Source: a virus
Length of the DNA stretch: 64,000 bases
Virus record (IMG/VR): IMGVR_UViG_3300020061_000004
Span: 1-64,000 of that record
Reading direction: 5' to 3' (one strand)
A program made the position numbers and the translations under genes. A model generated the notes under the pieces. That model was not told the origin of the DNA. It saw only the letters and a list, made by a program, of their open reading frames with translations, and ran no database searches. Positions 8,146-18,456 of the stretch are shown here, piece by piece (the stretch's first letter is position 1; every line of letters starts with the position of its first letter).

Positions 8146-10713
8146 ATGATTAAAACAGCCAATGAGTATTTTAATGGTAATGCACTTGCCGCAAATGTAT
8201 GGATATCTAAATATGCTTTAAAGCATAATAATAAACAACTGGAACAGAATCCAGACCAAATGCATCATCGATTAGCAACAGAATTTGCTAGAATTGAATC
8301 CAAGTATAAGTCGAACATCTCCAAAGAGATAATCTATGATTTATTCAAAGATTTTCGAGGTTCTATTCCTCAAGGAAGTGTAATGGCTCTACTTGGTAAT
8401 TCTAATCAAATTGGTAGCTTATCAAATTGTATTGTACTTCCTGAGATACATGATAGTTATGGAGGGATTATGTATACAGATCAACAGCTTGCTCAGGTGA
8501 TGAAGCGTAGGTGTGGTGCAGGTATTGATATTAGTACTCTACGCCCAGTAGGAACCACTGTATCAAATGCAGCACAGTCATCTACAGGAGCTGTATCATT
8601 TATGCATAGATTCTCCAATACCACTAGAGAAGTGGCTCAGGATGGAAGGAGAGGGGCTTTAATGATCACTCAGGACATTAGACACCCTGAAGCAGGTGAC
8701 TTTGCTAAGATCAAGCAAGACCTCTCAAAAGTAACAGGAGCAAATATCTCTCTAAAGCTCACGGATGATTTTATGGAGCGTGTACAGAGAGATGATGACT
8801 TCTTACAGTGCTATCCAGTAGATAAATATTCTGAGGATAGCTACGGCGAGGCTATTAATACTCCTTATAATACTCTCCAAACATGGGCAAATGCACAGGT
8901 TAAGAAAGTAAAAGCTAAGGAACTTTGGAATCTTGTTATTAAATGTGCGCATGGAACAGGAGAACCCGGCTTACTATTCTGGGATAGACAACACTACTAT
9001 TCACCTTCTTCCTTATATAAGGAGTTTCGTAATATCTCTACAAATCCATGTTCAGAGATAGCTATGGGTGTAGATAGTTGTAGGTTGATAGCCAAGAATA
9101 TGTTTAGCTGTGTTGAATTCCCCTTCACATCTAAAGCAACTTTTGATTTTGATAGCTGGTATAGTTTGAGTTATTATCAAATGATACTGATGGATGATCT
9201 AGTTGATCTTGAATTAGAAAGAGTAGATCAAATATTGGCTAAAATCGAAAAAGATGAAGAACCGGATTTCATTAAAGCAGTGGAAAAGAAAACATGGGAA
9301 GATTTACGTAATTCTGCTGTTCGTGGTCGTAGAACTGGAAGTGGTTTTACTGCTCTTGGAGATACTCTTGCTGCTCTGGGGTTAAAGTATGACTCTGATG
9401 AAGCTCTTGTAGTATTTGAAAAGATTATGCACACTAAACTTCGTGCAGAACTTGATGCTACTATAGATTTAGCTATGGATCGTGGGGCCTTCCCTGCATT
9501 TGATGCTAAACTTGAGGCAGATTGGGCAGAAGTAGAGAGTACATTCTTTTATTTTATCAAAAATGAATACCCAGAACAATGGCAGAGGATGCAGAAACAT
9601 GGGCGAAGAAATATCTCTTGGAGTACTATTGCACCCACAGGGTCTCTTTCTCTCTTAGCATGTTTATCTCCAAAACACTTCGGGACGACAAGTGGGATAG
9701 AGCCACTATTCAAAGTGTATTATATCCGACGGAAGAAGATCAACTCTACAGACAAAGATGTACGAGTTGATTTTGTAGATGCTCAAGGAGATAAATGGCA
9801 GGAATTTCCTATATTCCATGAAGGATTTAAAATGTGGTATGATATTAATAAAGATGAACTTGAGTTTGATGGAAATGCATTCTTTAAAAATAGAGAAATA
9901 GAATCTCTAAAAAGCAATGAAATTGAACTTCTAATAAGATTATCTCCCTATTATAAAGCCACAGCAGAAGAAATCAGTTGGAATAATCGTATAAAACTTC
10001 AGGGTATAGCCCAAAAGTATATCACTCACTCGATTAGTTCAACTATTAATTTACCTTCAACAGCAACAGAAGATGAAGTATCTAATATCTATCTGGAGAG
10101 TTGGCGTCAGGGTCTTAAAGGTATTACAATTTATCGTGAGGGCTCTAGGAGTGGTGTTCTGGTTAGTACTCCAGCCTCGAAACAAGAGGAGGGCATACAT
10201 TATACAGATGCTCCAAAGCGACCTAATGAACTCAAAGGAGAACTCCACGTCGTCAGAGTGAAGGGCAATCAGTATGCTGTAGTAGTGGGATTCCTTGATA
10301 GTAAACCTTATGAAGTATTTGCATTCAGTACTGAAGAAGAGGACACCAAGCCTATAGCAGGACACGGTATAATCACAAAAGCAAAGAAAGTATATAACTT
10401 TACACATGAGAATGGTAGCATTCTTCAGCATGTACAGAATAGGGATATTAATCCTGATGAACAAATGCTCACGCGTTTAGTATCAGGAATGTTACGTCAT
10501 GGAGTAAATCCAAAGTTCATTATCGAGCAAATCGATAAATGTCCTTTAGAAATCGTTAGCTTTGGTAAAGCCTTAGCTCGCGTGGTTAAGAAATATATTC
10601 CTGAAAAGGAACTTTTAGAACGTCATAAATGTAAAGATTGTGGAAGCAGCAATGTTAGATTTGAAGAAGGATGCGCAAAATGTCTCGACTGTGGAAGCTC
10701 AAAATGCGGCTAA
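8146..10713 (+). CDS. nrdJ: Class II (B12-dependent) ribonucleotide reductase
   Basis: SLSNC, GRRGALM, TNPCSE, IAPTGS, TSGIEP, SISSTINLP and KGITIYR motifs. C-terminal CxxC...CxxCxxC. No nrdB nearby. Confidence 0.92.
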   Translation: MIKTANEYFNGNALAANVWISKYALKHNNKQLEQNPDQMHHRLATEFARIESKYKSNISKEIIYDLFKDFRGSIPQGSVMALLGNSNQIGSLSNCIVLPEIHDSYGGIMYTDQQLAQVMKRRCGAGIDISTLRPVGTTVSNAAQSSTGAVSFMHRFSNTTREVAQDGRRGALMITQDIRHPEAGDFAKIKQDLSKVTGANISLKLTDDFMERVQRDDDFLQCYPVDKYSEDSYGEAINTPYNTLQTWANAQVKKVKAKELWNLVIKCAHGTGEPGLLFWDRQHYYSPSSLYKEFRNISTNPCSEIAMGVDSCRLIAKNMFSCVEFPFTSKATFDFDSWYSLSYYQMILMDDLVDLELERVDQILAKIEKDEEPDFIKAVEKKTWEDLRNSAVRGRRTGSGFTALGDTLAALGLKYDSDEALVVFEKIMHTKLRAELDATIDLAMDRGAFPAFDAKLEADWAEVESTFFYFIKNEYPEQWQRMQKHGRRNISWSTIAPTGSLSLLACLSPKHFGTTSGIEPLFKVYYIRRKKINSTDKDVRVDFVDAQGDKWQEFPIFHEGFKMWYDINKDELEFDGNAFFKNREIESLKSNEIELLIRLSPYYKATAEEISWNNRIKLQGIAQKYITHSISSTINLPSTATEDEVSNIYLESWRQGLKGITIYREGSRSGVLVSTPASKQEEGIHYTDAPKRPNELKGELHVVRVKGNQYAVVVGFLDSKPYEVFAFSTEEEDTKPIAGHGIITKAKKVYNFTHENGSILQHVQNRDINPDEQMLTRLVSGMLRHGVNPKFIIEQIDKCPLEIVSFGKALARVVKKYIPEKELLERHKCKDCGSSNVRFEEGCAKCLDCGSSKCG

Positions 10714-11044
10714 GGAGATTCTTGAAGATGCTGAGTATAATTGGGAAGAAATATTTCCAATTCTTACTAAGTATAATACAAGAGATTATAATGTTATGAA
10801 GCTTTTGGAAGAACTCTCTGAACTATCAGAGGTTCTTCTGAAAACTGAAACAAAGATTGCCTCTAAACGTCCTCCTGTACAGGATATTATAGATGAAGTA
10901 GGAGATGTAGTTCTCCGACTTGGTGTATATGTACATATGAGGGGAGAAGAGGTTATGGGAAAAGCAATCGATACCCGTATAGAGAATAAGGCAAAGAAAT
11001 TGCTGGAATATGTAGCAGCAGGTAAATATCCCGGAGGTGTATAA
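10652..11044 (+). CDS. MazG-like nucleotide pyrophosphohydrolase
   Basis: KLLEELSEL...IDEVGDV (ExxE...ExxD) pattern. Confidence 0.7.
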   Translation: MLDLKKDAQNVSTVEAQNAAKEILEDAEYNWEEIFPILTKYNTRDYNVMKLLEELSELSEVLLKTETKIASKRPPVQDIIDEVGDVVLRLGVYVHMRGEEVMGKAIDTRIENKAKKLLEYVAAGKYPGGV

Positions 11045-11325
11045 TGGATTCAGACTATAATGGTGCAACATGCTCCACTAATGAAGTTAAGAGTAATAGA
11101 GGAACCAGAGGTCCACGTGCTAAGAAGTATAAAGTATCTTCTAGTACTGGTTTCAAGGGAGTATACTACAGTGATAAGGGTAAGAAACATTATCACTGTC
11201 ATGTCTCATTCTGGCATCAGAAAGGTTTAAAGCCTGTCAAACAATATACATTTCATATTGGCTCTTTCCATACAGCAGAAGAGGCCAATATGGCTCGTAT
11301 TAAATTTATAACCGATCTTTTATGA
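11044..11325 (+). CDS. Stand-alone AP2-like DNA-binding protein
   Basis: SSTGFKGV...IGSFHTAEEANMAR, typical of the AP2 domains of HNH-AP2 proteins. Confidence 0.65.
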   Translation: MDSDYNGATCSTNEVKSNRGTRGPRAKKYKVSSSTGFKGVYYSDKGKKHYHCHVSFWHQKGLKPVKQYTFHIGSFHTAEEANMARIKFITDLL

Positions 11326-11552
11326 CAGCAAAAGAAGCAAAAGTAATAGCTACAGGAAATATACATACACAAACTATTCTCAAGGATATTTATGAAAATA
11401 TTTCCAAAGCGGCTAAAAGTGGTGATCTTTCAATTACTTTATATGATAAACATATAAATGAAGCTGTAAGAAAAACTCTTGAGGATGATGGATATATTAT
11501 AAAAAATACTCATTATGCACTTGGAACAAAAATTAGTTGGGAAAAAGTATAG
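11322..11552 (+). CDS. Hypothetical protein
   Basis: ATGA coupling. MTAKEAK...LEDDGY...ISW is a common small phage protein pattern. Confidence 0.65.
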   Translation: MTAKEAKVIATGNIHTQTILKDIYENISKAAKSGDLSITLYDKHINEAVRKTLEDDGYIIKNTHYALGTKISWEKV

Positions 11553-11742
11553 ATTCTTTTACCACTATTATAAGGGAAAAAAGATGATGAGTGTTCATTT
11601 TAGGAAAGTATGTTATCCTATACAAGATGTTATATGTAATGTTCCGTGTGAAACAAAATGGAATACTACTCAGCCTCAATTAGTTATGAGAGGATATTGT
11701 AGTGACGTAAGTATTATTAAAGGAAAAGCAGTTATTTCTTAA
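11515..11742 (+). CDS. Hypothetical phage protein (start uncertain)
   Basis: RFFYHY...SVHF...C...QPQLVMRG. Fills the gap before the next promoter. Confidence 0.55.
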   Translation: MHLEQKLVGKKYRFFYHYYKGKKMMSVHFRKVCYPIQDVICNVPCETKWNTTQPQLVMRGYCSDVSIIKGKAVIS

Positions 11743-11757
11743 AAAAGACGTAAAATA

Positions 11758-11789
11758 TTTGTACAATACAAGTATTTGACTTAACTTTG
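11758..11789 (+). promoter_or_regulatory. Bacteroidota sigma70-type promoter
   Basis: TTTG-N20-TAACTTTG, intergenic, upstream of 11807. Confidence 0.75.
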
Positions 11790-11806
11790 TATAACAAAAC
11801 CAAATA

Positions 11807-12058
11807 ATGGTAAACACAATAAGGGATAAATTTAGAAAGGCTGCAAGTGTAGATACACTACATGAGAAGTCCAAGGGTATCTTGGATGTATTCACTGTTA
11901 CTCTCCGTGATCTAGGAGATGTAAATAGTGAGATTGATGGACATATTGAAAGCCGTGAGCAGGAAATTGCTCATATTCAGGCTGAACATGCTAAATTACA
12001 CACACTAAAGAGTGGTAATCAAGCAGTTATTGATAAGATTAATAAGATTTTCGAGTAA
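11807..12058 (+). CDS. Small coiled-coil protein
   Basis: 83 aa with a heptad-like pattern. Confidence 0.65.
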   Translation: MVNTIRDKFRKAASVDTLHEKSKGILDVFTVTLRDLGDVNSEIDGHIESREQEIAHIQAEHAKLHTLKSGNQAVIDKINKIFE

Positions 12059-12077
12059 AAACAAAACCAAAAATAAA

Positions 12078-12257
12078 ATGAAGACGAAGACAAAAGGCAA
12101 GAGCAACAAACGCTCAGATAGTACTACCAAGATTTCTATGAACATCGGTGTTCTTCCCTCTGGTATGTATCGTGCTCGTAAGATGGTGAATGGTGTAAAC
12201 TATTCTCAGTATTTCACTAATAAGCGTACAGCACAGGCTTGGATTAATAACCTGTAA
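12078..12257 (+). CDS. Small basic protein, possible AP2/integrase arm-type DNA-binding fold
   Basis: SGMYRARKMVNGVNYSQYFTNKRTAQAW. ATG at 12078 follows an A-rich leader. Confidence 0.55.
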   Translation: MKTKTKGKSNKRSDSTTKISMNIGVLPSGMYRARKMVNGVNYSQYFTNKRTAQAWINNL

Positions 12258-12275
12258 TTTTAGTTTTCCATGTTT

Positions 12276-12302
12276 AGACCCGGAGCCGTGCCGGGTCTTT
12301 TT
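12276..12302 (+). terminator. Intrinsic terminator
   Basis: AGACCCGG-(7 nt)-CCGGGTCT followed by TTTT. Confidence 0.8.
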
Positions 12303-12311
12303 AATCTTTTT

Positions 12312-12650
12312 ATGGATAAAGAATCAGTTAAGGTATGTTTGTGTCTTGATGATGATGGTAAGTTATCATTAGAAGAAAGATTTGAAGTTGATCAAACTAT
12401 TAAGAATATGGAAGAAGGTGATGGATCACTCCCCTATACAGTTATAGGATCGGTGACAATACCTGCCGAAATTCCTTATTTCTTCATCATCTTCAAGAAT
12501 GGATCGAGTATTGTTTATGACTTAGTTCAGGCTGCTGATGAAGCTTCAGCCAAGACAAAAGTATTAACTAAGAAACGAAATGCAGGAAAAAGGATCGATT
12601 TTAAAAGAGTCTCAAATATTGCGGGACTTATCAGTCAATATTCGAGCTAG
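12312..12650 (+). CDS. Hypothetical protein
   Basis: Start moved to ATG 12312 because the track start at 12270 runs through the terminator. Confidence 0.55.
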   Translation: MDKESVKVCLCLDDDGKLSLEERFEVDQTIKNMEEGDGSLPYTVIGSVTIPAEIPYFFIIFKNGSSIVYDLVQAADEASAKTKVLTKKRNAGKRIDFKRVSNIAGLISQYSS

Positions 12651-12867
12651 TGATATCTACTGGTATAAAGATAGGCCGTATAAAATCTTATACGAAACAG
12701 TTATTAAGGAAGGAGATATATGGATCCCGGTAGTTATATATGTCTGTCTTTATGATAATTCTGATGGTAATATATGGGTAAGAAAAACAGATGAATTTGA
12801 TAAGAAATTCTCTAGTATTATGCCTGAGAATCCTTATTATGGACCAAAACCAAGTAGTTTAAAGTGA
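12580..12867 (+). CDS. DUF1653-like protein
   Basis: Y.YK...Y.IL...VVIY..LY....IWVR...EF pattern. Confidence 0.6.
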   Translation: MQEKGSILKESQILRDLSVNIRASDIYWYKDRPYKILYETVIKEGDIWIPVVIYVCLYDNSDGNIWVRKTDEFDKKFSSIMPENPYYGPKPSSLK

Positions 12868-13580
12868 AAGTATCTTTAAAAAGTATCACTCCAAACGCTG
12901 AACTTAATATAGTTGAAATAGCTAGAGTATCTTCTCCTCGACAGGATAAGACAGAAGCTCCTGAAGGCTTATTAAACTATCTTATTAAGAATAAGCATTG
13001 GAGTCCATTTCAGCATTCCTATCTCACCTTTGAGATAACCACCAGCAAGGCTATTGCTATCCAATATCTTAGACATCTAAGTTTCACCTTTCAGGAGTTC
13101 TCTCAACGCTATACTAAGGTAGAGGAAATAGAAGCTATTGAGTTTCGCTTACAAGCTGAAAAGAATAGACAGAGTAGTACAGATATAGTAGGAAGAGTAT
13201 CCCATATGATAGATGGATCAACAGATAGTTTATTTGAGAAGAATTCAAAGCAATTCTTTACTACATTCGATACTCCTGCACAGATTAATCCTGATATGGG
13301 ACTATGGCTTCTAAAGGTAGCTAAACATTTAGAAGAATCAATAGAGATATATAATGAAGCTCTTGAGCTTGGAATAGCTAAAGAGTGTGCAAGGATGATA
13401 CTTCCTATGGCTACTCGTACTACACTCTACATGACAGGCTCAGTGAGAAGCTGGATACACTTGTTAGATATTCGTGATGATGGACATGCACAGAAAGAAG
13501 CACAACTCATTGCTAAGGAGATTAAGAAAATCTTTGTAGAAGAATTACCAATTATTTCAAAAGCTTTAAAATATATATGA
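12864..13580 (+). CDS. thyX: Flavin-dependent thymidylate synthase
   Basis: [28 protein letters not shown] and HAQKE motifs. Confidence 0.93.
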   Translation: MKVSLKSITPNAELNIVEIARVSSPRQDKTEAPEGLLNYLIKNKHWSPFQHSYLTFEITTSKAIAIQYLRHLSFTFQEFSQRYTKVEEIEAIEFRLQAEKNRQSSTDIVGRVSHMIDGSTDSLFEKNSKQFFTTFDTPAQINPDMGLWLLKVAKHLEESIEIYNEALELGIAKECARMILPMATRTTLYMTGSVRSWIHLLDIRDDGHAQKEAQLIAKEIKKIFVEELPIISKALKYI

Positions 13581-14551
13581 GCGAAAAACTAGAAGACACA
13601 TTAGCCAAGATTGATAAGGATTTAGGCAAAGGAACCGTAATGAAACTCGGTGAAAAACAATCGGAGCCTGTAGAGGCAATTAGCACTGGATCAATAGGCT
13701 TAGATGAAGCTATTGGTATAGGAGGCGTTCCGAGAGGTAGAATCATTGAAATCTATGGTCCAGAATCTTCTGGAAAGACAACAATCGCAACTCATATTAT
13801 TGCAGAAGCTCAAAAACTAGGAGGTTTGTGTGCTATTATTGATGCAGAACATGCTTTCGATGCGCCTTATGCTGCTAGCATTGGTGTTGATGTGGACAAT
13901 CTTTATATATGCCAACCTGAAAGTGGAGAACAAGGATTGGAGGTGGCGGATCGACTCATCAGCAGTGGGAATTTTGCTGTTGTCCTTGTCGATAGCGTTG
14001 CTGCTCTGGTTCCTAAAGCAGAGTTAGATGGAGAGATGGGAGAGAATAAAATGGGACTTCACGCAAGATTAATGTCACAGGCTTGTAGGAAGCTCGCAGG
14101 AACTACCCATGAATCTAATACCTGCCTAATATTTATTAATCAGTTACGACTAAAGATTGGTGTAATGTTTGGTAATCCTGAGACAACAACTGGAGGAGAA
14201 GCTTTAAAGTTCTATGCTTCAGTACGGCTTGATGTTCGTAGAAGCACCACTGTTGCAAACTCGGTTATGGACGGTGATATAAAATTAGGAAATCAGACTA
14301 CTGTAAAAGTAATCAAAAACAAGGTAGGAAGTCCATTTAGGAACGCAGAATTTGATATTATATATGGAGAAGGAATCGATAAACTTGGAGAGCTTATTGA
14401 CATTGCTGTGGAAAAGAAAGTGGTTCAGAAGTCTGGTAGTTGGTTTAGTTATCAAGACTCAAAGATTGGGCAAGGTCGTGACGGAGTTAAACAGTTCTTT
14501 AGGGATAACCCCGAAGTCAAAGAACAAATAGAGACTTTAGTACGTAAATAA
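13577..14551 (+). CDS. recA: RecA recombinase
   Basis: [49 protein letters not shown] and KNKV motifs. Confidence 0.97.
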   Translation: MSEKLEDTLAKIDKDLGKGTVMKLGEKQSEPVEAISTGSIGLDEAIGIGGVPRGRIIEIYGPESSGKTTIATHIIAEAQKLGGLCAIIDAEHAFDAPYAASIGVDVDNLYICQPESGEQGLEVADRLISSGNFAVVLVDSVAALVPKAELDGEMGENKMGLHARLMSQACRKLAGTTHESNTCLIFINQLRLKIGVMFGNPETTTGGEALKFYASVRLDVRRSTTVANSVMDGDIKLGNQTTVKVIKNKVGSPFRNAEFDIIYGEGIDKLGELIDIAVEKKVVQKSGSWFSYQDSKIGQGRDGVKQFFRDNPEVKEQIETLVRK

Positions 14552-14554
14552 TAC

Positions 14555-14608
14555 AAAAATTCCCTGAAGAAGAGCTACAAGAGCAAACCTTCGGGGAATT
14601 TTTTTTTA
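14555..14608. terminator. Bidirectional terminator at the strand switch
   Basis: AAAAATTCCCTGAAG...CTTCGGGGAATTTTTTTTT between convergent gene blocks. Confidence 0.75.
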
Positions 14609-14627
14609 GTCGTTAATGAGCGTAAAA

Positions 14628-15809
14628 TTAGAAATAAGTAACCACTATTACAATACCGTCTCCACCATTTCCTCCTTTACCAGAAGTAAATCCGTTTCTA
14701 GCACCTCCACCACCTCCTGCTCCACCTCCCGGAAATCCTCCATCACCACCATTTCCAGCATTAGCTATAATACTACATGCTCCCCCGCCTCCTCCAGAAC
14801 CACCAAATGAAGCTTGATTAAGTCCTCCTGTAACACCATTTCCACCACTCACTCCACTTCCAGCAGTTCCAGTACTACCACCTACTCTAGCAGGTTGCCC
14901 TGATACAGCAGCAGCAGGATTTCCACAGTTTGCACCAGCAGCAGATAAGAATGTTGTATTTGCAGTATTAATACTTCCACCAGCGCCTCCTCCAGCAGCT
15001 CCTGCTATTTGAGCAGCAGCAGGTGCAGTGGCATTACCCGCTGTAACAACAGTTCCATTAATACCACTTGTCCATACACTAGGATTAGGAAATGGTATAC
15101 CAGCAGCACCTTGTATACTTGTTGTTGCAGTTGTAGGTGCTTGGCCACCTTTTATAAAGAGATGAGTTCCAAATGAACTATCACCACCAGATGTTCCTAC
15201 TATACCTACTGTACTATTAGTAGTGATAGCTGCTCCTCCTATTCCACCTGCTCCACATATTACAGTTTCTGTATTCCCTACTAACCCAGCATGTACTCCT
15301 ATAAATCCACGAGCACCCCCGCTTCCCCCATTTCCACCGGGAGCACCTACACCGGGAGCTTGTACACCTCCACTACTACCCGCACCACCTCCAGAATATA
15401 ATTCTATTTCAATATATTTAGCTCCTACTGGTTTGGTGTATGTATGAGTGCCGGGAGTAAATATTTGTACATCTGTTGCAGGAGGTATAGATGATATATC
15501 AGCCTTTGTAGCAAATTCTGCTTGCAAATCAGCTTGAGTATTAATATCTCCTATAATACTTCCCCATGTAGGAGGAATAGGAGCACCACCTGATATTACC
15601 CATATACTACCATTCCACATATATAATATTTGTTGTGTAATATCATATACAGGAAGTCCTGTATTTAGAATACTCAGTGTAGCTCCTAATGCTATTCTAT
15701 CTGGTGTTGAGAGAGGGTTAGTTCTCCAATCTTTTAGAATATTTAATTTCTGGCCATCTAAGTCCAGATATATTTTCTTTGAAGTCATTAATATAAGTAT
15801 AACGTACAA
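14628..15809 (-). CDS. Glycine-rich tail fibre/spike-like protein
   Basis: TWGSIIGDINTQADLQ linker, then a Gly-rich domain from QIFTPGTHTYTKP to GGNGGDGIVIVVTY. Start uncertain. Confidence 0.7.
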   Translation of the reverse strand: MYVILILMTSKKIYLDLDGQKLNILKDWRTNPLSTPDRIALGATLSILNTGLPVYDITQQILYMWNGSIWVISGGAPIPPTWGSIIGDINTQADLQAEFATKADISSIPPATDVQIFTPGTHTYTKPVGAKYIEIELYSGGGAGSSGGVQAPGVGAPGGNGGSGGARGFIGVHAGLVGNTETVICGAGGIGGAAITTNSTVGIVGTSGGDSSFGTHLFIKGGQAPTTATTSIQGAAGIPFPNPSVWTSGINGTVVTAGNATAPAAAQIAGAAGGGAGGSINTANTTFLSAAGANCGNPAAAVSGQPARVGGSTGTAGSGVSGGNGVTGGLNQASFGGSGGGGGACSIIANAGNGGDGGFPGGGAGGGGGARNGFTSGKGGNGGDGIVIVVTYF

Positions 15810-16045
15810 CCATCTAATGGAACATTAGCTGATATTTGTACAGTGTTATCTGAAAATAATTTAAAACCGACAACTACTTCTTCTCCTGTCATATCTACCA
15901 CTAGATAGCCTATAACATAGACAAGTTTATGAATAGAAGGGGGTATAAAATAAGACAAGCCCATAAGGCTTGTTTTATATATTTGTAATCTTCTATCAAT
16001 GGAGTTGAGTCTTCCTAATATAGCACAATCATCACAGCAAGACAT
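15788..16045 (-). CDS. Small Cys-containing putative tail-fibre accessory protein
   Basis: MSCCDDC N-terminus, located in the fibre cluster. Confidence 0.55.
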   Translation of the reverse strand: MSCCDDCAILGRLNSIDRRLQIYKTSLMGLSYFIPPSIHKLVYVIGYLVVDMTGEEVVVGFKLFSDNTVQISANVPLDGCTLYLY

Positions 16046-16054
16046 ATATAAAGA

Positions 16055-17233
16055 TTAAGCTGATGTTATAGTTTCCCAAACCGATCCAGTAAATACACAC
16101 AATTTATTTAAATTCACATCATATACCAATAAACCAGGACCAGGAGTAATAATTGCATTTTTCTGTACTGTAGACATTCTAGGAGGTAAGAAACCAAGAG
16201 TTGTACTATTAACTTCTAATTGAGCAGATACATCAGGGGCTATAGAACCATCTGATACTAAGACTTGATTATTACTAACTACAAGTCCCACTCCTGTACT
16301 ATACGTTATCGTAGGACTACTTACCAACCTTCCATTAGTACCTGTAAAAGGAACCCTTCCTAAAGGAAGAGCCACATCATTCATGGTAAACTCTTTTCTA
16401 ATACCTGCTGTAGTTATTGTTCCAAAGTATTTATCTGTTAGAAATTCTACAGCTCCTACTTCAGGAGTTGTTAATAATGGGCCAGAAGTAAGTTTAATTG
16501 GTGCAGTACCAGCAGCGGCTGTTCCTGCCTTTATATTAAGTATAGCTGATGGATTATTAATACCTAATCCGAAGTGTCCATTTTGGTTAAAACGAGCATA
16601 TTCATTACCAGCAAGAGGTTGACTAAATGCACTATTAAATGTTATAGGACCTGTATCTGCTGCTAAGTTTAATCCACCTATTCCACCTACATTCCCAACT
16701 ACTACACCTCTTGTGACAAAGGAGTTAGCTGAGGAACTTAGATAAAAAAATCCAGTATCGCCCAGATCATTAGTCATCTGAACTCCAGCAGCCGCTCCTG
16801 TTCCAGAGACAGCATTACTTATTCCTATACCGGTTAGAGAGGAGCTAGCATCATTAGATACTGTTATAGGCAGTAGATCATTTGGATTTAATACAATACT
16901 TGTTCCTACAGAATCACCATTAACTCCTGAAATAGTTATTGAGAAACCACCTGTACTAGCATCAATAGTAGTATCTTGAATTAAATCTCCTCCCAGTCCA
17001 ATATCACTACCAATAGTACTCAAACCATTAATTGGAGTAATACTTCCTGCTGATGCTGTAGCTATAAGAGGATCACTTTCAGTACCACTACCAGTAAAAG
17101 TTACTGTAGCACTATCCTCAGTGACTATTTCTGTCAAGAAATCTAAGCAGCATTCTGTATTCTTCTGTTTCTCTTGTATAAGAGCTAGAATATTAGATGT
17201 ATACCCTTTTTTATTTTTGTTAGTGTTTGCCAT
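16055..17233 (-). CDS. Tail fibre protein
   Basis: G/T/S-rich. FGLGINNPSAILNI and SAQLEVNSTTLGFLPPRM...GLLVYD motifs are typical of Bacteroidota fibre-like proteins. Confidence 0.75.
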   Translation of the reverse strand: MANTNKNKKGYTSNILALIQEKQKNTECCLDFLTEIVTEDSATVTFTGSGTESDPLIATASAGSITPINGLSTIGSDIGLGGDLIQDTTIDASTGGFSITISGVNGDSVGTSIVLNPNDLLPITVSNDASSSLTGIGISNAVSGTGAAAGVQMTNDLGDTGFFYLSSSANSFVTRGVVVGNVGGIGGLNLAADTGPITFNSAFSQPLAGNEYARFNQNGHFGLGINNPSAILNIKAGTAAAGTAPIKLTSGPLLTTPEVGAVEFLTDKYFGTITTAGIRKEFTMNDVALPLGRVPFTGTNGRLVSSPTITYSTGVGLVVSNNQVLVSDGSIAPDVSAQLEVNSTTLGFLPPRMSTVQKNAIITPGPGLLVYDVNLNKLCVFTGSVWETITSA

Positions 17234-17237
17234 TATA

Positions 17238-18455
17238 TTATACTAAAGTTACCTGTTTTCTTACGGCACCTACTGTAAAAAATAAATTTATACCGTCATA
17301 TTCTAATGTTCCATCTTCAGGAGTAGTTAGAAGTGTTCCTGAATCAATCTTAACTGAACCTGTTCCAGGATTACCGGTAGAGCTTCCACCAACATGAAGA
17401 CGAGCAGTAGGAACATCATTGAATACTTTTGCTATAGATACATTTCCACTTGTAGTGGCAAATAATGCATCACCAGTAGTATTTTGCCATGCAATATTTC
17501 TACCTAACATAGCAGTAATACTAGGACTATAAAATATACCCCTTACATTACCTGTAGCTGTTCCTGTCTGATTAATATTACTTTGAATAAATAATGCAAC
17601 AGCATCACTAGAACCTCCTGTAGGAGAAATTGAATCCTGAATACCAATTGCATTCTGTTGAACCGATCCTATTGCTTGTTGATAGCTACTAAGAATAGCT
17701 AAGCAAGTAGATTGTCCAGATGGTCCTGAATCTCCACCAGATGCTACGGATATAGGAATTGTCTGAAAATAAGTAACTGAAGTTCCTAGAAATAAAGAAC
17801 CACCCGCACTTATTCTAAAACGTCCAATATTATTGGCACGAAGGTCCATTAATAATGCACCAGCACCAGACGCAGTATTAGTTATAGTAGCATTTATCAG
17901 AGTAGGATTGCCTGTAGTATTCCAAGTACCATTTATAAGTAAATGGGGAGTGGCATCAGTACCAGAGTTATTCTTACTAATTGAGGTAGTATTACCAAAA
18001 GTACCACCACCACTTATATTAAAGTTTGCTGCTGCTTGCTGAGTAGTCTGATTATTTATATACAAACCGGATAAACTTGGAATATCTGTAGCTACAAGGG
18101 CTCTGAAAGTTGGTATAGCTGTTCCTGTTGCAGGACCAGATAATACTAAATGAGCAGCTTGTGTATTTAAATCCAGATTTATATCTCCAGCAGTTGTTAT
18201 AGGAGAATTGGTAATATTAAAAAGTGGATTACTGGTGAGCCCTACACTTGTTACAGTTCCAGTAGCACCAGTAGATGTTGCAATTATAGGATTAGATTGT
18301 GTTCCATCTCCTGTAAAAGTAACAGTATCACTATCTTCTGTAAATACTTGTGTAAGAAAATCTAAACAACAACCTGTTGCCTGCTGTTTCTCCTGAATTA
18401 AGGATAAAATATTAGCTGTATAGCCTTTCTTATTTGTATTTGTTGTCCTAGCCAT
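17238..18455 (-). CDS. Tail fibre protein
   Basis: N-terminal ~60 aa paralogous to 16055..17233. GTVTSVGL...PTFRALVATDIP fibre motifs. Confidence 0.75.
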   Translation of the reverse strand: MARTTNTNKKGYTANILSLIQEKQQATGCCLDFLTQVFTEDSDTVTFTGDGTQSNPIIATSTGATGTVTSVGLTSNPLFNITNSPITTAGDINLDLNTQAAHLVLSGPATGTAIPTFRALVATDIPSLSGLYINNQTTQQAAANFNISGGGTFGNTTSISKNNSGTDATPHLLINGTWNTTGNPTLINATITNTASGAGALLMDLRANNIGRFRISAGGSLFLGTSVTYFQTIPISVASGGDSGPSGQSTCLAILSSYQQAIGSVQQNAIGIQDSISPTGGSSDAVALFIQSNINQTGTATGNVRGIFYSPSITAMLGRNIAWQNTTGDALFATTSGNVSIAKVFNDVPTARLHVGGSSTGNPGTGSVKIDSGTLLTTPEDGTLEYDGINLFFTVGAVRKQVTLV

Positions 18456-18456
18456 T

